NCBI GenBank assembly: GCA_965227835.1
Contig: OZ245768.1
Span: 840,001-872,000 of the forward strand
Direction: 5' to 3'
Origin: Candidatus Saccharimonadota bacterium
GTDB lineage: Bacteria > Patescibacteriota > Gracilibacteria > BD1-5 > UBA6164
DNA: 32,000 bases
Made by a program: the position numbers and the translations under genes
The notes under the pieces: model-generated
What the model saw: the letters and a program-made list of their open reading frames with translations, nothing else
Told to the model about the DNA's origin: nothing
Database searches by the model: none
In this document: positions 20,816-31,590 of the stretch, piece by piece
How positions within the stretch are numbered: the first letter of the stretch is position 1
Layout of the letters: the number at the start of each line of letters is the position of its first letter

Positions 20816-22519
20816 TTATAAATCTTGTCTTGGTATTCCTCAGAGTTCTAAAACCTTTTTTAAACATGTATTATTTTGTCATCAATTATTCAATAATATT
20901 GTAGCTCATCTTAAAGTTCAAAATATTGTTCAATATCAAAAATATAATTTGAAAAAGTTACATACTCAAATAGTTTTTAGATCTACTTCTACTTTGTTTC
21001 AATCTTTATCTGTAATACTTGATAAAAGTATCTTTATATGTTCAGGATTTTTATAATCTACCCTTTTTATACCTAAATCTAGTCTTTTTATTCAGTAATA
21101 TCATAAGATTTTTATTAGAGTTTTGTTATTTATTCATCAATTTCCTTCTAATATTTTAGTTCATCTTACCTTTCAAAATTCTGTTGAATATCAAAAATAC
21201 AATCCAATAAATACCGCAACTCAAATGGTTTTTAAATCTATTTCTATTTTTTCTCAATTACTCTCTGTAATATTTGATAAAAGTATCTTTATATGTTCAG
21301 GGTCTTCAATATCGAGTTCTTCTTTAGCTAAATCTGGTCTTGATATCCAAGAGGACTCTAAAATATTTTTTAAGGCTTTACTAGATTTTAGTCAATTATT
21401 TTTTAGCAAAGTTTGTCATGATAACATTCAAAATTCTGTTCAATATCAAAAATATAGTCTTTCAAAAGATTTAACTCAAATAGCTTTTAAATTTACATCT
21501 ATCTTGTTTCAATACTTATCTGTAATTTTTGATAAGAGTTTTTTTATATGTTTAGGGTTTTTACAATCTAATTCCATACTAGGCAAATCTGGCCTTGATA
21601 TTCATCAAACTTCTAAAAGCTTTTTTAGATATATCCTATTTCTTCATCATGTTTTTATTAATATACTTTGTCATGATAACATTCAAAATACTGTTCAATA
21701 TCAAAAATATAGTTTAGGAAAAGCTACAGCTCAAATAGTTTCTAAATCTACTTCTAGATTATTTCAATACTTATCTGTAATTCTTGATAAGAGTATCTCT
21801 ATATGATCTGGATTCTCATAGTCCAGTAGGGGGTTTCAACTAAGTAAAAAATTATTATCAAATAAAATCTCTAAATTACTTTCATATTTATCAAAATATT
21901 TTATAGATATAGGGAAATCTCCATTTACCATATCTCACTTATTAATGCTAGATAAAAAGTCTGGCTCTATAATTCATTTGTAAATATATGTATCTTCTCA
22001 TATTTGATTATTTATTAATATAGTTCTTGAAATTCCTTTTGTCTTTATTGTAATTATCCTATATGGAAGATTTATACTATTTGATTCAAGTGTTTCTATA
22101 TATGTTTTTATTTCCACTCATTCTAATCTTAATCAATATTTCTTGTATAAAAGTTTTAAAAATATCTCATATTTTGGAACTTCTCTAAAATGTTCAGGAT
22201 CTTCTCAAAATTGATTAGTTTTTGGAGAGCAGAAAATAGAAAAATTTAATTTCTCTTCACTACCTTTTTCTAACTCAATTATCTTTTTTATTGCTAAAGA
22301 AAAAAATCTATCATAACATATCTTTGTGTCCAAATATATACCTCTTAAAAGTAAGTTACTACATTTGGGTTCTACTTCTTTGTATATTTCTAAAAATCTA
22401 TCTATAAATTCTTTCTTTGATATTCAATATTTAGAGGTTTCTTTAAATAGTAAATTCATTCTTTCATAATTTCAATCATTTTTAACTGATTCACTAATTG
22501 TAGTATCAATGTTGCTCAT
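20816..22519 (-). CDS. Array paralog R1: 232-aa head plus 4 modules of 85 aa (567 aa).
   Basis: ATG at 22519, TAA at 20816-20818. The frame scan found no in-frame TAA or TAG. Head: MSNIDTTISESVKNDGNYERMNLLFKETSKYGISKKEFIDRFLEIYKEVE... Last module: DYKNPEHIKILLSSITDKDGNKVEVDLKTIGVCNFFKLYFGYGTIFGTLRGATILLNNGGQNNTCLKKVLELGGIPRQDL*. Many TGA codons encode Gly. Confidence 0.85.
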
Positions 22520-22542
22520 CTTAAAAATATTTTGTTGTTAGT

Positions 22543-24492
22543 TTATAAGTCTGGTCTTGATATTCATCAGGCTTCTAAAAGCTTTTTTAAAGATACTTTT
22601 TTTATTTGTCATGGGATATTGTACAAAATACCATGTCAACCAAACATTCAAAATTCCGTACCATATCAAAAATGTAGTTTAGAAAAAGCTGTAACTCAAA
22701 TATTTCTTAAATCTGTATCTAATTTATTTCAGTCCTTATCTGTAATACTTGATAACAATATTTTAATATGTTTAGGATTTTTATAATCTACCTTTTTTAT
22801 ACCTAAGTCTGGTCTTTTTATTCAGTTATAAGATAAAATTTTTTTTAAAGTTCTGTTATTTTTTCATCAATTACTTTCTAATATCATAGATCATCTTACT
22901 TTTCAAAATTCTGTTAAATATCAAAAATACAATTCATTGAAGGTTCAGACTTTGACAGTATTTAAATCTATTTTTAATTTGTTTCAATTACTCTCTGTAA
23001 TATTTGATAAAAGTATCTCAATATTTTTGGGATTTTTAATATCAAAATCATCCTTAGCTAAATCTGGTCTTGATATTCATCAAATTTCTAAGAGTTTTTT
23101 TAGATATATCTTATTTTCTCATCATATATTTCTTAATATCTTTTTTCAACTTAAAATTCAAAACTCCGTTTTATATCAAAAGTATAGATTAGTAAAAATT
23201 GAAACTCAAATAGTTTTCAAATCTATATCTAATTTGGTTCAATCCTTATCTGTAATACTTGATAAAAGTGTTTTAATATGTTTAGGATTTTTATAATCTA
23301 AATCTTTGCTTGGCAAATCTGGTCTTGGTACTCAAGAAGATTCCAAAAATTTTTTTAAATATATAACATTTTTTCATCAATTTTTTATTAATATTGTAAT
23401 TCATGTTACAATTCAAAATTCAGTTCAGTATCAAAAACATAGGTTATAAAAAGCTAAAATTCAAATAGTTTTTAAATCTACTTCTAAATTGTTTCAATAT
23501 TTATCTGTAATATTTGATAACAATGTCTTTATATGACCGGGATTCTCATGATCTAATTTTTTGTTTGGTAAATCTGGTCTTGATACTCATCAAGTTTTCA
23601 AAATTTTTTTTAAAATTATGTTATTTTGTCATCAGCTTTTTGTTAATAATTTAGCTCATTTTACAATTCAAAATACAGTTCAATATCAAAAAAATAATTC
23701 TTTAAAATATGTTATTCAAACAGTTTTTAGGTCTATTTCTAATTTGTTTCAATTTTTATCTGTAATATTTGATAAAAGTATCTTTATATGTTCAGGGTCT
23801 TTAAAATCTACTGAATTTATTCAGTCAAGTGAAAAATCACTGTTTAATAAAACTTCTAAATTTTTCTCAAACCTTTCACAATATTTTATGGATATAGGAA
23901 ATTTACCATTTAATTCATCTCATTTGCTTATATTAGATAAAAAATTTGGCTCTATAATTCATTTATAAATATGTGTATCCTCTCATATTTGATTGTTTAT
24001 TAATATTGTTGTTGAAATATCATTATTTTTTATTGTGATTATCTTGTATAAAAGTTTTCTAGAACTATCTAATTCAAGTTCTTCTGTATATGTATTTATT
24101 TCTAGTCATTCTAATTTTAGTCAATACTTCTTGTGTAAAAGTTTTAAAAATATTTCATATTTAGATGACTCTGTAAAATACTCAGAATCTTTTGAAAATT
24201 GATTAGTTTCTTGAGAATCAAAAACAGAAGTTTTTGGTTCTTCTTCATTATTTTTATCTAATTCAATTAATTTTTTTATTGCTAGAGAAACAAATTTATC
24301 ATAAGAGACATTCAAACCTACAAATCAGTTTTTAAAAAGTATATCTCTATTTTTGGACTCTATTTCTCAGTATATATCAAAAAATTTATCAACAAAAACC
24401 TCTTTTGATATTCCGTATTTAGAAATTTCTTTAAGCAAAACCTCCATCTTTGTATAACTTGAATTAGCTATAACAGTGCTTTTATTATTCAT
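22543..24492 (-). CDS. Array paralog R2: diverged head plus 5 modules (649 aa).
   Basis: ATG at 24492, TAA at 22543-22545. The frame scan was clean. Head: MNNKSTVIANSSYTKMEVLLKEISKYGISKEVFVDKFFDIYGEIE...KYEIFLKLLHKKYGLKLEGLEINTY...INNQIGEDTHIYKGIIEPNFLS... The protein ends ...GISRPDL*. Confidence 0.85.
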
Positions 24493-24588
24493 TTAAAAAA
24501 GTCTTAATTAATATAAAATTATTGTCTTAATATAAATAAATTTTTAAAGCTAAGGGGAGGTTTTTAAAAATATTTATTTCGTTTTATG

Positions 24589-26040
24589 TTATAAATCTGG
24601 TCTTGGTATTCATAGGTATCCTAAAATTTTTTTTAAAGATTTACTATTTTCTCATGGTGTATTATATAATATACTATGTCAGCAGAACATTCAAAACTCT
24701 GTAGAGTATCAAAAATATAATCTAGCAAAACCTGTAATTCAAATAGTTTTTAAATCTATATCTACTTTATTTCATTTCTTATTTGTGATACTTGATAAAA
24801 GTATGCTTATATGTTTAGGATTTTTATAATCTATTTTTTTATTATATAGATCAAGTCTTTTTATTCAAGAATATAATAGAACCTTTTTTAAAGCTTTACT
24901 ATTTTTTCATCAGTTATTTTCTAATATTCTAGATCATCTTACTACTCAAAATCCTGTCCCATATCAAAAATAGAGTTCGCTGAAAACTCAAACCTGAATA
25001 GTATTTAAATTTATATCTACATTCTCTCAGTCCTTCTCTGTAATTTTTGATAAGAGTTTTCTTATATGTTTGGGGTTTTTACAATCTAATTCCCTACTTA
25101 GTAAATCCGGTCTTGATATTCATCAAACTTCTAAAAGCTTTTTTAGATATATCCTATTTCTTCATCATGTTTTTATTAATATACTTTGTCATAATAATCT
25201 TCAAAATACCGTTCAATCTCAAAAATATAGCCTAGAAAAATTTGATGTTAAAATATTTCTTAAATCTACTTCTACAGTATATCAGTTCTTATCCGTAATT
25301 CTTCATAAAAGTATCTCTATATGCTCTGAATTCTCATAATCCAATAGTTTTAATCAACTAAGTAAAAAATTATTATCAAATAAAATTTCTAAATTACTTT
25401 CATATTTATCAAAATATTTTATAGATATAGGGAAATCTCCATTTACCATATCTCACTTATTAATGCTAGATAAAAAGTCTGGCTCTATAATTCATTTGTA
25501 AATATATGTATCTTCTCATATTTGATTATTTATTAATATAGTTCTTGAAATTCCTTTTGTCTTTATTGTAATTATCCTATATGGAAGATTTATACTATTT
25601 GGTTCAAGTGTTTCTATATATGTTTTTATTTCCACTCATTCTAATCTTAATCAATATTTCTTGTATAAAAGTTTTAAAAATGTCTCATATTTTGGAACTT
25701 CTCTAAAATGTTCAGGATCTTCTCAAAATTGATTAGTTTTTGGAGAGCAGAAAATAGGAAAATTTAATCTCTCTTCACTACCTTTTTCTAACTCAATTAT
25801 CTTTTTTATTGCTAAAGAAAAAAAATTATTACGAAAAGTTTCTAGTTTTAAACAATTATTCAAAAATATATTACTATACCTAAATTCTATTCCTTCATAT
25901 ATTTCCAAAAATCTATTTACAAAATCTCCCTTTGATATTCAATATTTGGAAATCTCTTTAAATAAGATATCCATCTTTGTATAACTTCAAGTGTTTTTAT
26001 TGTTATCAATAACTTTAGGTGTAGTTTCAATTTTGTTCAT
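24589..26040 (-). CDS. Array paralog R3: head plus 3 modules (483 aa).
   Basis: ATG at 26040, TAA at 24589-24591. The frame scan was clean. Head: MNKIETTPKVIDNNKNTGSYTKMDILFKEISKYGISKGDFVNRFLEIYEGIE... Confidence 0.85.
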
Positions 26041-26090
26041 TTAATAGTTTGAATTTAAAAATAAAGTCCAAAGCAATATCTGTTTTTCAT

Positions 26091-27794
26091 TTACAAATCT
26101 GATCTTGATATTCATCAAGCATCCAAAATCTTTTTTAAAGATTTATTATTTTGTCATAGATTATTTTTTAATATTCTATATCAACCAATTATTCAAAATT
26201 CAGTTCAATATCAAAAATTTAAATTGGAAAAAGCCCTAACTCAAATAGTTTTTAAATCTACTTCTACTTTGTTTCAATCTTTATCTGTAATACTTGATAA
26301 AAGTATCTTTATATCTCTAGAATTTTTATAGTCTATTCATTTTATGCCTAAGTCCAACCTTTTTATTCAGTAATATCATAAGATTTTTATTAGAGTTTTA
26401 TTATTTATTCATCAATTTCCTTCTAATATTTTAGTTCATCTTACCTTTCAAAATTCTGTTGAATATCAAAAACATAATTCAGTGAAAATTCAAATTTTAA
26501 TAGTTTTTAAATCTATTTCTACTTTGTCTCAATTACTCTCTGTAATATTTGATAAAAGTATCTTTATATGTTCAGGGTCTTCAATATCGAGTTCTTCTTT
26601 AGCTAAATCTGGTCTTGATATCCAAGAGGACTCTAAAATATTTTTTAAGGCTTTACTAGATTTTAGTCAATTATTTTTTAGCAAAGTTTGTCATGATAAC
26701 ATTCAAAATTCTGTTCAATATCAAAAATATAGTCTTTCAAAAGATTTAACTCAAATAGCTTTTAAATTTACATCTATCTTGTTTCAATACTTATCTGTAA
26801 TTTTTGATAAGAGTTTTTTTATATGTTTAGGGTTTTTACAATCTAATTCCATACTAGGCAAATCTGGCCTTGATATTCATCAAACTTCTAAAAGCTTTTT
26901 TAGATATATCCTATTTCTTCATCATGTTTTTACTAATATACTTTGTCATAATAATCTTCAAAATACCGTTCAATCTCAAAAATATAGCCTAGAAAAATTT
27001 GATGTTAAAATATTTCTTAAATCTACTTCTACAGTATATCAGTTCTTATCCGTAATTCTTCATAAAAGTATCTCTATATGCTCTGAATTATCATAATCCA
27101 ATAGTTTTAATCAACTAAGTAAAAAATTATTATCAAATAAAATTTCTAAGTTACTCTCATATTTATCAAAATATTTTATAGATATAGGGAAATCTCCATT
27201 TACCATATCTCACTTATTAATGCTAGATAAAAAGTCTGGCTCTATAATTCATTTGTAAATATATGTACCTTCTCATATTTGATTATTTATTAATATAGTT
27301 CTTGAAATACTCTTTGTCTTTATTGTAATTATCCTATATGGAAGATTTATAATATTTGGTTCAAGTGTTTCTATATATGTTTTTATTTCCACTCATTCTA
27401 ATCTTAATCAATATTTCTTGTATAAAAGTTTTAAAAATATCTCATATTTTGGAACTTCTCTAAAATGTTCAGGATCTTCTCAAAATTGATTAGTTTTTGG
27501 AGAGCAGAAAATAGAAAAATTTAATTTCTCTTCACTACCTTTTTCTAACTCAATTATCTTTTTTATTGCTAAAGAAAAAAATCTATCATAACATATCTTT
27601 GTGTCCAAATATATACCTCTTAAAAGTAAATTTTTGATCTTGAATTCTACTTCTTTGTATATTTCTAAAAATCTGTCTATAAATTCTTTCTTTGATATTC
27701 AATATTTAGAAGTTTCTTCAAATAGTAAATTCATTCTTTCATAATTTCAATCATTTTTAACTGATTCACTAATTGTAGTATCAATGTTGCTCAT
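26091..27794 (-). CDS. Array paralog R4: head plus 4 modules (567 aa). Near-duplicate/mosaic of R1 and R3.
   Basis: ATG at 27794, TAA at 26091-26093. The frame scan was clean. It has the same 1704-nt length as R1 and the same start, MSNIDTTISESVKNDGNYERMNLLF... It ends ...GISRSDL*. Confidence 0.85.
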
Positions 27795-27817
27795 CTTAAA
27801 AATATTTTGTTGTTAGT

Positions 27818-30800
27818 TTATAAGTCTGGTCTTGATATTCATATACTTTCTAAAATTCTTTTTAAATATACTTTTTTTATTCATCAATTGTTTATTCATA
27901 AAGAATTTTTAATTATTGTAACTCATTTTATGCTTCAAAATTCAGTTCAATATCAAAAATATAGTTCAGAAAATCTGGTTGATTTAATAGTTTTTAAATC
28001 TTCTTCTGCCTTCTTTCAATACTTGTCTGTAATACTTGATAAAAGTATTTTTATGTGTTCAAGGTTTCCATAATCTAAATCTTTGCTTGGCAAATCTAGC
28101 CTTGGTATTCATATACTTTCTAAAATATTTTTTAAAGATATACAGTTGACTCATAAATTTCTATCTAATATTGTAAATCATGTAACTTTTCAAAACTCAG
28201 TTCAATATCAAAAATCTAATTTAGAGAAGTCTCTCATTCAAATAGTCTTTAAGTCTATTTCAACCTTATTTCAATCTTTATCTGTGATACTTGATAAAAC
28301 TATTTTTATATGTTCAGGATTTCTATAATCTAATTCTTTACTTGGCAGATCTGGTCTTGATATTCATATATCTTCTAAAATCTTTTTTAGGGATATCCTA
28401 TTTATTCATAAATTATTCTTCAATATTATAGATCACCTTACAATTCAAAATTCAGTTCAACTTCAATAATAAAGTTCTATAAAATCCCCAACTAATATAG
28501 TTTTTAAATCCAATTCTACTTTATTTCAATTTTTATCTATAATATTTGATAATAATAATTTGATATGATTTGGATCTTCAAAGTTCCAATAATTTCTTGA
28601 TATTCAAGCTGATGTTAAAATATTTTCTAAAGATTTAATATTTAATCATAAATTATTAAATAATATATTACGTCATTTCACTATTCAAAATTCAGTTCAA
28701 TATCAAAAATGTAGTTCAGAAAAATCTCTAACTCAAATAGTCTTTAAGTCTATTTCAACCTTATTTCAATCTTTATCTGTGATACTTGATAAAACTATTT
28801 TTATATGTTCAGGATTTCTATAATCTAATTCTTTACTTGGCAGGTCTGGTCTTGATATTCATATATTTTCTAAAAAATTTTTAAAAGATATACCATTAAC
28901 TCACAAGCCCTTATTTAATATAGCACCTCATGTAATATTTCAAAACTCAGTTCAGTATCAAAAATATAGTTTAGTAAAATATCAAATTCAAACAGTTTTT
29001 AAATCTAATTCCATTTTATTTCAATGTTCATCTGTGATGCTTGATAAAAGTATCTTGATATGCTCAAAATTTTTATAATCTATTTTTTTACTTGGTAAAT
29101 CTGATCTTGATATTCCTCCATTCTCCAAGATCTTTTTTAGAGATATATTATTAATCCCTCCATTCTTATTTAAAATTAGACTTCATCTTACATTTCAAAA
29201 TTCAGTTCAGTATCAAAAATGTAGTTCAGAAAAATTTATTAATCAAATAGTCTTTAAATCTGTTTTTACTTTATTTCAATGCTTATCTGTGATGCTTGAT
29301 AAAAGTATTTTTATGTGTTCAGAGTTTTCTAAATCCAAATCATCTTTTATTATTAATACATTTTTTAAAACTTTTCTTAAACTACTTTTACTTAAATTTC
29401 AATTATTTCTCAATATTGAACTTCAACTTACAATTCAAAATTCAGTTCAGTATCAAAAATGTAGTTTAGAAAAATATATAACTCAAACGGTTCTTAAATC
29501 TACTTCTACTCCATTTCAATATTTATCTGTAATACTTGATAAAAGTATTTTTAAATGTTCAGGATTTCTATAATCTAATTCTTTATCTGGTAAATCTAGT
29601 CTTGATATTAATCAAAAACCTAAAATCTTTTTTAAAGATATACTATTAGCTCCTCCATTATTATTTAAAATTATAGTTCATGTAACCTTTCAAAATTCAG
29701 TTCAATATCAAAAATGTAGTTTGGAAAAATCTACAACTCAAATAGTTTTTAAATCTATTTCTAAATTGTTTCAATCTTTATCTGTAATATTTGATAATAA
29801 CAATTTGATATGATTTGGATCTTCAAAGTTCCAATAATTTCTTGATATTCAAGCTGATGTTAAAATATTTTCTAAGGTTTCAATCTTTAATCATGAATTC
29901 TTAGACAGGATTTTTCATCACTTTACTATTCAAAACTCAGTTCAATATCAAAAATTTAGCTTAGAAAAATCTCTAACTCAAATAGTTTTTAAATCTACTT
30001 CTACCTTATTTCAATACCCATCCGTAATACTTGATAACAATATTTTAATATGTTCAAGATTTTTACAATCTACATTTTTTATACCTAAATCTAGTCTTTT
30101 TATTCAGTAATATCATAAGATTTTCATTAAAGTTTTGTTATCTCTTCATCAATTTCTTTCTAAGATTGTAGATCATTTTATCATTCAAAACTCAGTTCAA
30201 TATCAAAAGTTTAATTTAGAGAAATATAAAACTCAAATAGTTTTTAAATCTACTTCTACCTTATTTCAATACCCATCCGTAATACTTGATAACAATATTT
30301 TAATATGTTCAAGATTTTTACAATCTACATTTTTTATACCTAAATCTAGTCTTTTTATTCATACAAGACCTAAAACTTTTTTTAAGGTTTTGATATTATT
30401 TAATCAATTATTTATTAATATTGTAGATCATTTTACCACTCAAAATTCAGTTCAATATCAAAAATTTAATTTAGAAAATTTGATTAATAAAATAGTATTC
30501 AAATCTACATCTATCTTATTTCAATCCTTATCTGTAATACTTGATAATAATGTTTCAATATGCTTAGAATTTTTATAATCTAATTCTTTGCTTGGTAAAT
30601 CTGGTCTTAGTACTCATATGTATTCTAAAATCTTTTTTAAAGATATCTTATTTATTATTCATAAACCATTCTTTAAAATCATCCTTCATGTTACTTTTTG
30701 AAAAACTGTCATGTGTCAAAAATATCAATCTATAAAAGCTTCAATTCAAACGGTTCTTAAATCAATTTTTAATTCATTTCAATATTTATCTGTAATACTT

Positions 30801-31567
30801 GATAAAAGTATTTTTAAATGTTCAGGATTTTTATAATCCAATGAATCTGATCATTTCCGTAAAAAATCATCACTCAATAAAACCTCTAAGTTCTCCTTAA
30901 ATTTATCAGAATACTTTATAAATACTGGGGATTTATCATTTATTTTATCTCATTTACTTACATTTGATAAAACTGATGGTTCAATAATTCAATAATATAC
31001 ATATGTCCCTTCTCATATCTGATTATTTATTGCTATTGTCAGTGATGTATTCTCTGTTTTTAATGTAATTATCTTGTACGGAAACTTTCTAAAACTATTT
31101 TTTTTAAAATTTTCTACATATGTATTAATCTCCACTCATTCAAGATTCAATCAATATTTTTTATGCAAAACCTTTAGAAGTGTTTCATATTTTTTGACTT
31201 CTTTAGGAGCTTCAGATTTATTATTAGGTTCTTTTCTTTTTTTTAACAAGTTTAGGCTAGGTTCTTTAGGAACAAAAATAGAAAAATTTAAATCATTTTC
31301 TTTATCTTTTTCTATCTCAATTATCTTTTGTGTTGCCAGTGATACAAATTTGTCAAAAAAAGATTCTACTTCTCTATATCAATTTCTTAAAAATACTTCA
31401 CTATACCTAGATTCTATTTCTTCGTATATTTCTAAAAATCTATCTATAAAATCTTCCTTTGATATTCAATATTTGGAAATTTCTTTGAATAAAATATCCA
31501 TCTTTGTATAACTTCAGATGTTTTTGCAAGGAGCAATAAATGTAGGTGTGTTTTCAATTTTGTTCAT
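27818..31567 (-). CDS. Array paralog R5: 243-aa head plus about 12 modules (1,249 aa).
   Basis: ATG at 31567, TAA at 27818-27820. The frame scan across all 3,750 nt found no TAA or TAG. Head: MNKIENTPTFIAPCKNIGSYTKMDILFKEISKYGISKEDFIDRFLEIYEEIE... Last module: DYGNLEHIKILLSSITDKYGKKAEEDLKTIKSTRFSELYFGYGTEFGSIKGVTIIKNSLGINNGGIKKVYLKRILESIGISRPDL*. Confidence 0.85.
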
Positions 31568-31590
31568 TTTAAAAATGTTTTATTGTTAAT

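Noticed and set aside
21123-21806. Long plus-strand ORFs in the supplied track across 20.8-31.5 kb, for example 21123-21806 (227 aa), 26482-27096, 30135-30578 and 31074-31511.
   Set aside because: They lie antisense to the R genes. They begin at arbitrary points inside modules, mostly end at the same taa of each unit boundary, and have no start or stop logic between genes. The minus strand gives complete ATG-to-TAA genes with conserved protein motifs. Their length is a by-product of one stop-free antisense frame being copied about 30 times.
24541-24594. A plus-strand SD-like box aaggggagg in the 96-nt R3/R2 spacer.
   Set aside because: The next plus-strand ATG (24586) is followed by a stop after two codons. 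The box lies on the non-coding strand of the array and has no supported function.
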